Counted from the stretch's first letter, positions 1-14,410 are shown. The stretch: 64,000 bases of DNA from Amphiscolops sp. MND2022 (GCA_964187785.1 OZ076409.1:12464001-12528000); one strand, 5' to 3'. The notes: generated by a model from the sequence alone, not told the origin. Numbers and translations: made by a program.

Positions 1-401
1 ATTAGCGGTGTCAAAACTCTGTTGTTAATAGACTATCTTTCATAGACGAACAAAGATCCTCAATAGACTATCACATGCTAAATGAGCTTTTTAATAAAAA
101 ATATATTATTTTATGTGAGTTGCACTCAACCCCAATATCAACTGCCCAATGATCATGATAGTGATATTTCAACGAACAGTATTTCAGCTTTCTGGAACAT
201 TGATTGGATGTTATTTTCTTTAAAATAAGAGCTTTCAATTACTGTTCGCTTCACTGACGAAAACGTACACTAAAATAGTACAACGTTCCATCATTGCTTC
301 GGATCCACACTCCAAATACAGTTAGAAAAACTTTGACATTTATAGGGCTAGAGACATTTATAACTAGTTAGTGATTCATCATAACACGGTGCAGGACGAA
401 C

Positions 402-595
402 CTGATGAACAAACGGGTATTCATGAGCTTGAACACTTCCTCGAACTTGAGTTTGTCCAGGGCTATTTGCTTGGCGGCGTCATCGATTGCATTTTTGACT
501 GCACTGGAGTCCCAAGGATTCACCTGGATTGCGTGGTCTTTGTCATTGGCACTTTCAGAAGACGCGGCCTCGTTTTTGGAAAAAAGAAAACCCAT
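402..595 (-). CDS. SPCS2: Signal peptidase complex subunit 2, first coding exon (gene continues off the left edge)
   Basis: MGFLFSK...VNPWDSSAVKNAIDDAAKQ...FEEVFKLMNTRLFI matches the SPCS2 N-terminal WDGSAVKN(S/A)LDD motif. Donor AG|GTTCGT at 401; no downstream exon identified in the window. Confidence 0.85.
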
Positions 596-3399
596 TTTGG
601 GGTGGAAAGCCAAAACAATCTGAAATTGAATAGACGTCATCACAAGTTCAATTTTGTTCTACCAACATATCGCCTTTTTTTCGCCATAAGCATTTTAAAA
701 TGTTCGGAACTTTTCAAACGAATTTAAAATTTCCCAAAACGTCAGATACTTGCAACTGAAATTTCTCCTGACAAGTTTAAAGCAGTAATCATTTAAAACT
801 CCGTATTAGATGTTATGCTTATTACAAAAAACTCAAAAGACATTTTCAAAAAGTCCAGTAAGGACATTCAAAATGAGAAAATGAGGGGACAACAAAATTC
901 AGGGGAAAGTGTTTTCACGAAAGCCACGTACTGTTGGTCTAGTGTAAAAAGAAAGCCTTAGTTTCCAATCCCACTAAGCACCCAAACTTCGTTCGCCCGA
1001 ATCGAAACTAGCAAACATGACATTTTGAAAAAAAATCAAAACCAATTTACTTTGAGACTATTAATCATGGTTCAAATCAGTTCCCAATTTCTGAACAAAC
1101 AATTCATCACCTTATAGATGGATGCAACAGCGATAAATAATGTCTCAATTTCTGGCCATTTTTCTCAACATTGTTAAATGATTTTGGGCGTACTTTTCAA
1201 TAAATTTCAACCAGTTTTTCGCTTTTTCAACATTTTCATTTCAATATTTTCAAAAGTCGACATTGATGAGCATAACTGCACCTCAAGACAGCTGACTGAA
1301 ACTGTTTGAGCATTCCAGTTTTACCGACTCATCGGAACTATATGGGGGCTTTTCGGTGCTTACATTTTTTCGAAATTTTTCACCAAATGGTCCAAACATT
1401 TTTCATGCTTTTAGATACGTTTCAAGAGCTTAAAGGATCCCCTTTACACTTTTCGGCATTGTGCGACTTTTTTTTGAAAAAATCAAAAAAAATGGCGAAT
1501 TTGCGTTTTCAATGTTTTCAGTTGGAGAAAATAGGCCCTGCGGGGCACAGTATATTTCTGCTTTTAGGGTTTCTTGTTCAATAATAGAAGCATATCCTAA
1601 TCTATTATATAGCGCACAATTAATCACTCTACCAGTTTACACCGCCTTTAATTCTTCTTGGACTAGAGAAAATATAACTACTAAGCGTAGACGAAGTTTC
1701 GCATTCCCAATTGAATGCAGGCGAAGCTCTCGGCGAACGAATAATTAACACTCGTTCGCTTCATCTCAATGAATTCGGCGTACGAATGTATTATTACAAC
1801 TCGCTCGTTCCAGCGCAATTGTTGTCGGCAGCTTGAGAAATTTAATTCTCACGCTTACCACTCAGTGCCGAGCAAATTGTCTAAATTTTTCAGTAGGTAC
1901 TCGAAATCACGATGAAAATTGAACTGAAAAAAGTTGAATTGTTGAGATTTTAATATTTCTGCTATCGAGGAAATAATAAAAAGGGTTTCCGAGCACAAAA
2001 TACTTCCTTTGCTTACCTTCAGATAATCTAACGTGAGTGAGATTTTCTTCAAAATCGCCGAGAGCGTATTTTTTAAACATAGCGCTTTTTGAGCTTTAAC
2101 CCGGGCGTCGATTTTAGCGTCTCGTTCTATTTTAGTTTCTTTCCAGAAACTTGTTCAGTACTATCAACAATTATGGTAGTATCAATAGCACGTATTGGAC
2201 TTGTCAATAATACAGTGTCGGGCGTTGAAAATTTGCCAAACGACATTCAAATTTGTTTTCCAAAGTCAGCTTGCTTTATCAATCTTGATTCCAATTGGCT
2301 AATTCAAAAAATGAGACATTCAAGATTAGCTTACGCTATTCTCATGCTATTGGAGAGGTAGAAATAAAAAGGCTGCCTCAACTTTTTTATAGAATTTAGC
2401 TGCTATGATTGGATACTGGTAATTTATTTGATTTCAATATCTCTTTAAAAGGTACGATCTCCTTTTTGTCGGTGTTTTCATTAAGGAAAAAAGTCCGAAT
2501 ATAAGTGACTGTTTTTTCTCGTCTCTGAATGGTCCACTTTTATGCACTTTTTCCATAAGTACTTAGTACTGAATTTTGAACGCATCCCAAGCCTTTTACA
2601 TGAAATACAAAGCAGAAGGTCCCCTTCCCACTTTTTTCGGCACTATGACTTTTCCCAATTTTTCTGAGCACGAAAGGCTTCCTTTGGGTGAAACTTTTTG
2701 TGAGTTTTTCGTAGAAATCGTCCGGAGCATATTTTAGAAACTTTGAGCTTTTTGAGTCTCAGGTATAGCGTCGACTTGAGACTTTCGCGTCTTATTTGTT
2801 AAATTTCTTTTCAACAAACACGATGCATAGACGTTTAGAAATCAAAGGAATCATTCTAAAAAGGGGTCGAAGGAATCATTCCAAAATGAATTGAAGTAGA
2901 AAAAGATTCACTAGTCGGTTGAGGTTACGCTTTTCGTGCCACGAGCGGACGTCGACTCGGGCCATTCAAGACTTGAAGTTATTTACGAAATCGAAAAAAA
3001 TTCGTCCCGTTCACATTTTTCACCACTGGGAGGTTGTTACAACTCTTCGTTTTAGTCGGCGCTTCATGTATTCTGTAAGAAAGACCCGAATATAGTTGTG
3101 ACTACTTTTTCGGGATACTCAACTGCAATATTAATAAGTTTTCATCATAAAACTGTATTCGGCACTTGGTTCAATGAAATCGTTCACTTTTTTGGGGAAA
3201 ATGGGCTAAATTCCAGTTTTATGAAATGAGTGGCTTTCAATCGATCAGACCTTGTTTCAAACTAGTCATGTGTCCAAAAAAGTTCTAAAAATTCAATAAA
3301 CATCTAAAATCTAGAGAGCCAAATTGATTCAAGGAGTCCTTTGTTTCAGGTTTTTTCTCATTTGAATTACAACATAACTTTGTGAGGTCTCACTTTGGT

Positions 3400-3925
3400 T
3401 TTTAGTCGGCGCTTTTCGTAGAAAAATGCAGACTATAATAGTGACTTTTTTTAAGACCAACGAAGTGACAGATTTTATAAGCTTTATAAGCTGACTTGAA
3501 CTAACACTAAATGCCACACTACTTCTACTGCCACTTGGCATAGAGGTTAAGGCTTTTTTGAGGTCTGCCAATCAGAAGGACGTGGGTTCGAGTGAACCGC
3601 CCTTGACCATTTTTTTGTGCTGGTTATTTCGGCTTTGTGAGACTTTTTTTTCGCAAATTTTTTAAATGTCTCCAAAGAGACCCCCCTTCAATTTTTTTCT
3701 ATTTTGCAAAGGAATGGATGTTCAAAAACTCCCAAAGGGCCCCCTTTACATTTTTGGCACTATGCGACTTACCGGAGACCAAAAAAAGTTTCGAAAGAAA
3801 TTTCGGGTTTTTCAATTTTTTTCCTCATGCGGGTACTGTAGAAGAGAATACTTGACACTTTGAAGTCCTTTTGCTATTTTTGAGCCTTAGATATGGCGCC
3901 GACATGGGCCGTTCCCGGCTTGTTA
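3400..3925 (+). mobile_element. Helentron/HINE (DINE-1-like) non-autonomous element, family 1, representative copy
   Basis: T-run plus subterminal IR TAGTCGGCGC, internal AAAGGGTCCCCC/GGCACTATGCGAC repeats, 3' GCGCCGAC(T) and a small hairpin ending CTTGTT. Other copies: about 4346-5007, 6793-7425, 13885-14328, 39127-39668, 39925-40462 (+); 12040-12513, 15724-16092, 48460-48960, 50055-50492 (-). Confidence 0.7.
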
Positions 3926-5159
3926 CATGTTTGTAGCTAGAAAATTTAGCGTCTGCTGAATCTTTAGCGGTTGTCAACTTTTGGGTCATTCCTGACTTGT
4001 TCATTACATTTCCCGATTGTTCTGTTGCTGGTACTTGCTGGTAGCCAATCGTGAACGAAACATGTATCGACGAACATTTTGGATTCCAAGAATTGGTGAA
4101 AAGAAAACTAACAATTCAAAAAATAAGTATCATTATGAATATTTGCAAAATAAATAAATTCAAGCAACTGCACCACACATGGGATACGAGCAGTGGAACA
4201 GAAATTGGCATTGAATAGAAAGATGTTATCTAACAGCATACCTTTGAGCAACAGCTAAAACGAAAGAAAACGATTCTGTCCAAAGGGTCCATTCTTTGAA
4301 AAAAATTTAGTTCTTGAACCTTTTTGAAGACATCAAACTGGAAATTTTTAGTCGGCGCTTTCATAAAATGAAAGAGCCCGACTATTACAGTCCTTCAGTT
4401 TTTTTCTTCAAGACAGACTCGAATGCGACGAAATTTTTGTTCAGTGTGTTCAACTAAACGAATACCTGGGAAACGCATCTAAGCTATCGCAAAAAGCCCC
4501 CCTTTCAGTTTTTACTTTTTAGACGTAACATACATTACCGGATGAGACTAAAGGGTCCCCTTTCAATTTTTTCGGCGCTGTGACTTTTTTTCGAAATTTT
4601 TTCAATATCTCCAAAGGGTTCCCCTTCAATTTTTCGATATTTTGCAACAAATTGGATGTTAAAAAAGCCCAAAGGGTCCCCCTTTTACATTTTCGGTACT
4701 ATGAGACAAATTCAAAATTCTCATTTTCGTCTGAAATTAGGATTTTTCAATACATATCCACCAATATTTTCTTCAACGCTATACGAATTTTCGCGTTATA
4801 TCTTATTATATTGCGTTTTACTGAATCGGAACAAAATGAGGCGGAGGTTCTCGAAAACAAGCGAACCCATTCCTCCGACCACGAAACCTTTGGGTATTTC
4901 GACACTTTTGTGAGTTTTTCATTCAAAAAAACCGGAGCGTATTTGAGAAACTTTGCGTTTTTTGAGCCTTAAGTGGGGCGCCGACTTGAGACGTTCGCGT
5001 CTTGTTCAACAATCCTGGAAGACATAATTTTGAATCAAGTACCTGGCAATCCAATGATTTCAAAAAATTGCAGAAAGTTGTTCCCAGTACAAACTTTCTC
5101 AACCCAAGATATTCATGATAACAAGGGCAAAAACATTAGTGGTGGAAATGAATTAAAAA

Positions 5160-5489
5160 GGTTACAGGACGTTTGCTGTGACATTTGCTACTAGGGCCTA
5201 TTTGCTACTAGATAATTCTGGATTTGCTACTAATTCTAACAATGGGAGTATAAGTCAGGTTTTCTGATTTTGAATCCGGAAACAATCAATTCCATGTTTA
5301 ACGACTCCACCGGCAATTTTGACGAATAAGCCAAATTCCAGCAAACTTGATTGTTTCCATAATGCATTATTTCGTCTCTTTGCTCATTCCGTAGAAACAC
5401 CCAGTTAATGGCAATTAGTTCGGTAGCATTTTGACTGTAGTAGCAAATGTCCTAGTAGCAAGTTGCCTAATATCAAATGTCCGGATTCC
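5160..5489. mobile_element. Foldback-type MITE (ATTTGCTACTAG arms)
   Basis: Inverted repeats GACATTTGCTACTAG / TAGTAGCAAATGTCC; TSD not clean. Confidence 0.55.
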
Positions 5490-5742
5490 TGAGTTAAGTA
5501 TCTGCTATACTCGCAAAACATAATATCAAGGCAAACAGTATCAAATCTATTCCAATTCCTTCTGACTCAGTCAGAGATGAGCAAAAACATGGATAAACAG
5601 TATGTAATAAATAAATAAAAATCAATGATAAAATACTATTTTTGTTATACTAATTTCAATTCTATATAAAGCACCATAATTATTACCATGCTACCCCATG
5701 GAAAGATGCAGATTTTGGTCAAACAACTTTGGTTACAATAAA

Positions 5743-8700
5743 TTATGCGGAATGTAGTTTACCGGCATGAAACTGCCGAATGAACTGGAAAAAATTCCCG
5801 ACCAGTACGAAAATGACGCTGAAGTTTGAAAGAGCAACTATGAGTGCGATGGTGGACACGTTTCTGAAACACGTCAACGTGGCCGCGTCGTATACTTCAT
5901 GCGACACTTTGTTCTCCCAGTCAGATTCTAGAGCCTCTGAAACAACAATTTTCCTGCTGCTACCTTGTTCGTCAAATTGTTAAATAGAAACTTGCTAGAT
6001 ATCGCAGGCATGTTTCAGGACCCAAAGGGGACTTCAATTGTCCGAATTAGTGAAAAAAAACTATTATACGTCTGAATACTTTGGTGTATTTTGCTATTCA
6101 ATATATTTATATCTACGACTAGATATGCTTTTAAATACTTACTTTAATATAATAATAATAATTTAATTCATTTGGTCATTCTTATTACAAATACAGTATA
6201 TAAATAAACATAAATTTATGACCAAAAGAGACTTCCAAGGACGCAAAAGCCCGCTTGAAGGAAGCCTATCCTGAACAACTTGCAGGCTCAACTTTTCACC
6301 AACAAAAACAATTTGAATTTGAATAAGGCGTTGAAGAAAAAAGATATCTATGACAAAAAAAACATATCGTGATGAAAGACGAAAAAACCTCGTTAACATT
6401 AATCCTGTAACCGTTTGAAGCGTTACAATGAACGTGCTGACTGCAACAGATTTCATCATATATGTGGGGAGAGGACATCATTGCATAGACGTTGAGAAAA
6501 TTCGGAAAAGAATGTGAAAAAGTCAAATTTTGGCCGAAAACTCGTATCTCGTACCTTTGGTGAACTAGTCTTTATTTAAGGCTTCTGCACACCCGATGCC
6601 CGACTTTACTGGCCCCAGGAGTCAGTAATGGTCACAAGGATATAGACTCCTGGGAACACTAACGAGGGATTTTTGCATCGGGGGCAGAAGCGGGGGTACG
6701 ATAATATTCATACCCCCATCGGTTCGACAAAATGAGAACATTAAAAACAGCGTTGGGTCAGCTGTTTCACGTGTAATTTACGTGTTTTTATTTTTTAGTC
6801 GGCGCATTTTCCTTCAAGGAAAAAAGCCCGACTATTACAGTGGCTAGTTTTTTTTCTTTTTTTTTCGTCAGACCACAGAGCTCATCGCGTATGTACCACT
6901 TTTTACAGAAACTGATAAGTTCACTCAGGCCAAGTTCCACCAATGCAAACTTACTGCAAAGGGTCCCCCCTTTCGTTTTTTACCTTTCTTACGTAACCTA
7001 CAAAACCGGAAGACTCCAAAGGGTCCCCCCTTTCAATTTTTTTTTCGGCACTGTGCGAATTTTTTTTTCGAAAATTTTCAATTTTTCAAAAGAGTCCCCC
7101 TTTCGGATTTTTTGATATTTTGCAACAGAAAATATGTTAATGAATCCCAAAGGGTCCCCCCTTTTCATTTTTCGGCACTATGCGACGTTTTCGAAGTTTT
7201 TTTCAAAAATTTTTTTCAAAAAAAGTTTTCAAAAAAATTTTCAAAAATTTTTTTGTTTCCAGTCGAGAAAAGTGATTTTCCAGTCATATCGAGCATGAAA
7301 GGCACACTTTGGGTGTCTCGAAAGTGTTTTCAAAGCTTTTCATGAATACATCCTGGTCATATTTAGAAAACTGAGCTTTTTGAGCCTTAGATATAGCCCC
7401 GACTTTAGACGTTCCCGTCTTGTTGTTTAAAAAAGTACGGAAGAGATTTACGTTGATGAAACTACTAACCAAGGTGGCATAAGTTGGATATGAGTGCAAG
7501 GATGTGGTGGATGGTGTGACTGTGGAAAATGTCCCAGAGATGCGAGTGAGGCGAGGAGAAGAAAGACAAGATGATGCTTTCGGGAATGTGAAACTTGTAC
7601 ACTGCCAAATCCATCGCACTCACTATGGTCCAGCCAAGGTACCAGTAGCCACCTAAGTGAATATGAAAAGTTTTGAAAATTGTAACCGAGAAAATTGAAA
7701 AAAATCCAAATTCCTTCGTTAAAATCATAGATGTGATACGATTCTAAAAAGGCAGTTTAGGAGTAATATTAGGAACGAAAACAACGCAAAGAACATTTGG
7801 GGGGAAAGTAGGCTTAAATCTAAAACGGTAATTACTTCAACATTTTTTCCATATTCAGGTAGATTGTTTACTCTATCTATTTGCTCAAAGAGAAACTTGC
7901 TCCATTTGCTCTTTTGTATTGCAGTTGCTAGGACATAGTTTTTGGTCTTCTTCACTAATAGGTAAGGTGCTCTAAGCGGGAATGATCGATTTAGAAAAAA
8001 AAACAATTACACAAAAACTGCGATTTGGGCGCAAAATTCCTAATGAAAGAACGAAGTTCTTTTTTGCTCTGTTGCATCAGTTGGTGGCTTAATTTTACAC
8101 AGGCAGAGATCTGCAAAACAGAAATAATTGACATTCGATACTAATGAATAAAACTAGATAATCGTACCAGTTGAGTGCGCTTAACGATAACTTAACAAGA
8201 ATCGATACTTAACCCCAAAATCTAGTCTAATATCACAATCAGACCAAGAAAAAGGAAAATTAGATAAATTATCCAATATAAAGTGGAAAAGTCAAAATTG
8301 CATTGCTAGTCAATGAATATGTCTTTGCATTTGATGATAGGCAAAATGGAGTCGCAACGTTAATCTAACCAATGTCGAAGTCTTCGTCTTCCACGTCTTC
8401 GCTGAGTTGAGAGAAATTGAGTTTGGCTATTCTTTGGACAGCGCAGTAGACACAGGACGCGACGTTGAAACAGTTAAGGCCAAAGAGTTTCGTCGAGAAG
8501 GAGGGTCTTTGAGAGAGCTCGTTCGTTTTACGATAAGCAGCCAAAGCCCACGAACAGAACCAAGGCCACGCTACAGCATTGAACAGCGACAGAACCAAAC
8601 TAAAATCCATCACAAACTTGATGACATCTGATTCGATGATTCAGAAAAGTGGCCCCTGCGGGGCTCTTCAGTAATATTTCTGCTTTAAGCTACAATCACT

Positions 8701-11700
8701 AACTTCAATTTTCAAGAAGGGGACCAGGAATATTAAGTTTACCTTTAAATTTGCACACATGCTAAGCTCTCGGCGTAAGAACAATTGCCACACGTTCGCT
8801 TCATATCTCAATGAAAGAGCTGCCTCGCTGTTACGAGAATTAAATAAACTACCTAAAGGCTTGGGGCATTTTACGCCAGCATCATTGGCCAGAAATATAG
8901 GAAAATGAAAACCCCCTAAAATAATCATATAACTAATCATGGTCCATTACACGAAATTAGTTTAGGGTGAAATTGCGGAAGATTGAAAATGCAATAGGTT
9001 GAAATTGCATAGGATGAAATTGCATAGGATGAAATGTCATGACACCCATATTTACGGCTTCTATAAAATTCCAGCATACGCAGAAATATTAATAATCTAG
9101 AATAGAAAAGGACTGGTTAAATATAAACGAGCCGAGAACGGCCAAAGTCGGCGCCATATCTAAGGCTCAAAATTTAAAAGGGGCACCCTTCGGGCTTTGT
9201 GAAACTCCAGCTGGTTGCAAAAAATTTTTAAAAAATGAAGGGGGGACCCTTTGGGGACATGAAAAAATTTCCCAAAAAATTTTTTAAATGAGATTTTTGA
9301 ACAGTGTCACAGTGCCGAAAAATGTAAAAGGGGGGACCCTTTGCGATTTTTTGACATCCATTGTGTTGCAAAATATCGAAACAAATGAAAGAGGGACCCT
9401 CTGGTGCAATCCAAAAAACTTCAAAAAAGTCGCATAGTGCCGAAAAAAGTGGGGCTGAGGTGGGATCTTTAGTGTGTTTTCGAGGTTGTGGACGTCTGTT
9501 TTGTTTTTTCTTTTCGTTTTGGACGCGCTTCTGAGGTTGGAGTTGTTGAGGTTTGAAGTTGTGGAGGTTTGAAGTTGTGGAGGTTTGAGGTTGTTGAACA
9601 AATGAACAAAAAAGTGGACCTTTCGTGTCTAAAAAAAACAAGACGGGAACGTCTAAAGTCGGCGCTATATCTAAGGCTCAAAATGCGCAAGACTTTTTTT
9701 TAAAAAAAACTTGAAATTTTTTATTTTTTCTTTCAGAAAATGTCGCATAGTGCCGAAAAATGTAAAAGGGGGGACCCTTTGGGCTTTATTAACATATTTT
9801 CTGTTGCAAAATATCAAAAAACTCGAAAGGGGGACTCTTTTGAGACATTAAAAAATTTTCGAAAAAAGTCGCACAATGCCGAAAAAAAATCGAACCTTTT
9901 AGTCTCGTCCGGTTTTGTAGGTTACGGTAAAAAAGTAAAAAATGAAAGGGGGACCCTTTTGCACTAATTTCCGCTGACCGGACTTGGCCTTATGCTAGTA
10001 GTTTCGATTGTAAGAAAAGTGGCCCAATCAGAGTGAGATTGTAGTCTGACGAAAAAAAAAAGAAAAAGACGGGAACGTCTAAAGTCGGCGCTATATCTAA
10101 GGCTCAAGAAGCGCAAAGTTTTCTAAATATGCTCAGGACGTATTCATGAAAAGCTTTGAAAACACTTTGGAGACACCCAAAGTGTGCCTTTCATGCTCTA
10201 TATGACTGGAAAATCACTGTTTCCCGACTGGGAACAAAATAAAATTTGAAAATTTTTTTTTGAAAAAACTTCGAAAATGTCGCATAGTGCCGAAAAATGA
10301 AAAGGGGGGGCCATTTGGGATTTATTAACATACATTTTGTTGCAAAATATCAAAAAACTCGAAGGGGGGACTCTTTTGAGACCTTAAAAAATTTTCGAAA
10401 AAAATTTCGCACAGTGCCGAAAAAAATTGAAAGGGGGGACCCTTTGGTCTCTTCCGGTTTTGTAGGTTACGTAAAAAAGGTAAAAAATGAAAGGGGGGAC
10501 CCTTTTGCACTAATTTCCGCTGACCGGACTTGGCCTCTTATGCTAGTAGTTTTAGTAGTTTCGATTGTAAGAAAAGTGGCCCAATCAGAGTGAGATTGTA
10601 GTCTGACGAAAAAAAAAAGAAAAAAAACTAGCCACTGTAAGAGTCGGGCACTTTTCCCTAGAAAAGCGCCGACTAAAAACTAGCCACTGTAAGAGTCGGG
10701 CACATTTTCTACTAAAAAGCGCCGACTAAAAACATGAATGGTCCGACTGAATACAGACAGAGACAGTAGAGTAGTTGAATGCTAACGTGATGGTCATGAG
10801 GTCTTGGTTTGAGCTGAGGGGGTATGAGTACACGAAGGTGCAGATGCCAGACACGTACAGATAGATGGTGATGCCGAAGTAGTCGAACATATAGAACACA
10901 CCCGAGTACTCCACACTGTGGTGGCACATCGTGTGTGCATTGGCACTGGCTATGTGAGTCGTGATCATTGCACCTAAATTCAATCGATCCCAAACCCATT
11001 GAATCAATTCAACAGTTGACCCATTGATCTTCTCACCAAAAACATTTGCTTTCTTCACAAACTTCTTCGTCGTGCTCGACAAAAATCGACTCATTTGCAT
11101 TCCAAATATCCCCCTTTTGACGCAATGCAATTCAAATTTCTTTGGAAAAATTCAAATTTTTCTTTGCGGAAAATTGAGCGACCAAAATTCTTACATTTTA
11201 GCATAAAAATGAAAACCAATTGAAGATACAATCCTCCGAAGTTCTCAAAAATCACCGACAAAGACATTTACTTATTGCCGCAACATATACCACAATTGAA
11301 AAACTATTACAAAGAATGAAACAAAGCCGAATTTTTTGAAGCATTTGAAATGATAGGATGAAGTGATGGAGTGTGAACAATTTCTAAGAAAGCCCTGCTA
11401 AAAGTACATCTACGTGATTTCACAAACCTGTATCAAAGTAACTCATCTGTTCGATACACAGAGGTATTCCCCAAGGTGGTAAGAAAACAATCTTGAAGAC
11501 AAGAAATACAATGAGATTGAAAAACAAATTTTAATAGCCGAAAATCCATTTCAGGGATAACAAGCCGGAAGTCAGCGCCACCGTTCAAGAAGAGTAAAGT
11601 TTCATAACTAAGTAAAAGGATACTACAGTGAAAATTTTAATCAAAGGTATATCCATAAGACTCGAAAACAGTTTATCGTTTTTTTCGTAAACTTGGAACA

Positions 11701-13259
11701 TCAAAAAACGCATTTTGAACTTTTCCCCGAAAAAAATCCCAAGTGAAGTGGTACTCTTTGACAAAATGAAATATTTTCGAAAAAAGTCGCACAGAGCCGA
11801 GAAAAAACCCAAAGGGTCTTCCTTCAACTTTGGCAAGCATAAAAAGTCTTTGGCCCAATCCAGGATTTAAAAATCAATACATTGGGACTGAAAATTGATG
11901 TGATGACCACTAACTTGCAACTAAGGTGATAGGCCAAGCCTCCGGGGTCTGAAAAATGCTTCTTTCCATGCAATGCCTCCAAAACCACACAGAGATACAT
12001 ATCACACTGTAACAAAGAACCTTCATCTGTGAAGACTATCAAGCCGGGAACGGCCCAAGTCGGCGTCATATATAAGGCTCAAAAATACCAAAAGGACTTC
12101 AAAATATCAAAGTATTGGTGAATTGGGGACCCTTTTATTTAAAAAAATTGAAAAAAGTCTCACAATGCCAAAAAAACTAAAAGTGGAGACCCTTTGGGAT
12201 TTTTCAACATCCATTCTGGCGGAAAATATCAAAAAATTGAAGGGGGGACCCTTCGGTGAAAAAAAAATTCTCGAAAAAAAGTCTCACAGAGCCGAAAATA
12301 CTCTAAGGGAGTACCCTTTGGCCCCGTTGAGTTTCTTAGATGTAAAAATACTACTTCGTAAGCTAAGTAAGAATTATAAGAAATTGAGAAATTGTAAGTT
12401 TGTAAGAATTTTAAGAAAAGTGGACCTTTCAGAGTGAGATTGTCAGCTGAAAAAAAAACTACCCACTGTAATAGTCGGACTTTTTTCCTTAAGGGAAAAG
12501 GCGGCGACTAAAAATATTGGTGAAAATATCTTTTGAGGGATTTTTCAATAAATGATAGATTGTCAACCTTATCAACAGAGTTTTGACACCGCTAATCAGC
12601 GAATTAGCGGCCGCTAAGGAATTTTTCAGCGATATCATTTGCGATTCAAATTAGCGGCAACTATTAAAATGTCCAAAATCAAAATATTCTCAGGGTATTC
12701 ACGGGGTGTCAAAATGAATTTCGAAAAATTCCAAAACTTACCTTTGCAAAACCCATATGAAATAGAAATTCATTTTTTTCGTACAAAAACTGAAGTTATC
12801 ATTTGATTTTAAAACATACTTGAAGTGAAACATTTAATAGTTTGACGGAAAACATTTTCAGCGAAATAGCGAATTTGACATTAGCGGTTTAGCGAAAAAC
12901 CCTGCTTATTAGTCTATCACAAAAATTATTTGAGTTCTAACATTCAAACAAAATGCAAACCTGATTATTGCAGTCCATATGTTGAGAGACTCATTGTGAA
13001 TTTGAAAAATAGAGCCCAAGTAGCTTGTGAACTTTTTATGGGGTTCCCTGTAGTGACCCGAAATGTAGCGCTCCCTGAGCCCCCCGGGAACGTCGTGGGC
13101 ACTGAGTTCGTGACGAGCCAGCAGATCTTGTTCAATCACAGTCTTTATCTGGTCCCTCAAATTGGGGCTGGCCTGGGGTCTCCCACTGGGGGCGATGGAG
13201 CTAGACGGGGGTGCAAGGCTACTTGACTGTTGCTGGCTGTTGTCATTCCTTGGGCTCAT
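5743..13259 (-). CDS. PAQR family 7/8-TM protein, membrane progestin receptor (class II)-like, about 414 aa
   Basis: Exons 13259-12961, 12006-11915, 10973-10755 (donor uncertain), 8627-8370, 7652-7470 and 5936-5743 splice GT-AG in frame. Motifs: YISGHYR..HNESLNIWT, SANAHT..HS..FDYFGI, PE..WDIFHSHTIHH, plus an extra C-terminal hydrophobic helix typical of mPR-type PAQRs. Confidence 0.85.
9126..10730 (-). mobile_element. Tandem/nested cluster of three family-1 HINE-like copies in PAQR intron
   Basis: Three 3' ends (AAGTCGGCGC(C/T)ATATCTAAGGCTCAA at about 9145, 9656 and 10081) and a duplicated 5' end GCGCCGACTAAAAA at about 10666 and 10719. Confidence 0.7.
12576..12904. mobile_element. hAT-like MITE (CAGAG/CAGGG ends, TTAGCG repeats); relatives at 1-25, about 16200-16438, 28735-29077, 40597-41880
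   Basis: CAGAGTTTTGACACCGCTAAT...AAAACCCTG, imperfect 8-bp TSD CTTATCAA/CTTATTAG. Confidence 0.65.
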
Positions 13260-13715
13260 GCTGTCTGAAAGACAGGGAAAATGAAATAAGACGCCCGCTA
13301 AGCACCGGGATATTTTCCGCTAAAAAGTATCGCACCAGCACGGGTTCGAACACACGACCTCGTGTCTGTCAGGCAGACGCACTAGCAACTGAGCCAAAGT
13401 AATTAAATTATGTACTAATTGAAAAGGTTGGAAATGCTGTCATTCTGGGGAGGAACTGGAAAAAAGGGATTAAAATTCTAGTTCTGAAGACCTTGCTAAT
13501 TCCGGCCAATTCTGGATAAATGGAAAGGATGTTCTTTTGTAATTTGAGATATGTTGACAGACGAAACAGACTTTTCAAATAAGTTTTACAGTCGATACAC
13601 ATCACCGTGCATGATAATTTTTTGTACACGATAGCGATGCAATATAGGAAAATACACGAAAGTAACACGCTACACGATTTTTAGTACAAGAGTCATTTCA
13701 CTGCTACAGGATAAA

Positions 13716-14410
13716 TTGCACCGCGGCAATTCGTACAAACGACATTTTATAGAATAGCCAAAAACCCGACATTTCGTACACGGACAATTGGTACAAGAAT
13801 GAAACCCGCATTTCGTAATTTCATTTGAATTAAAGTGAGGTAAAAACAAGGGATAAAACATTTGTACGAAATGTCGGGTTTCATTTTTAGTCGGCGCTTC
13901 ATGAAGTGAAACGCGACTATTATAGCGACTTTTTTTCAATGCACACGAACTGACCAAAATAGTTAAAAGTTCTACAAAAATTTATGGTCCCAAATTGAAT
14001 CATTTGGCCTAGCGAACTAAACCAAAAATGTTTTTCCTCTGTTTCCGCGTAACATACAATACCGGGAGAGACTAAAGGGTCCCCCTTTCAGTTGTTTCGG
14101 CATTGTGAGACTTTTTTCGAAAAAAAATCACCAAAGGGTCCCCCTTCAATTTTTTGATGCTTTGCAATAATGGATGCTTAAAAATGAGAAATGGTCCCCC
14201 GGCGCGCCAATTCAGTCCAACTTTTTGGGTTTTTCAGGTACTGGAGAAGAGAATATTTTGACACTTTGAAGTCCTTCTGCTATTTTTGAGCCTTAGATTG
14301 CCGCCGACTTGGTCCGGTCCCAGCTTGTACAGAAATGTCGGATTTCGTTTTTGTACAAAATGTCGGGTTTTGGTTTTTGTACGAAATGTGTGTACGAATT
14401 GTCGTGCTCC
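13716..14410. mobile_element. Foldback-type MITE (GACATTTCGTACA arms) with nested HINE copy
   Basis: 9-bp TSD CAGGATAAA (13707-13715, 14411-14419); inverted arm repeats; no core A or B. Confidence 0.7.

Noticed and set aside
9228..10593. Many 60-140 aa K/F-rich ORFs containing KGPPF/QRVPP
   Set aside because: These are translations of the HINE repeat family in various frames, with no coding signature.
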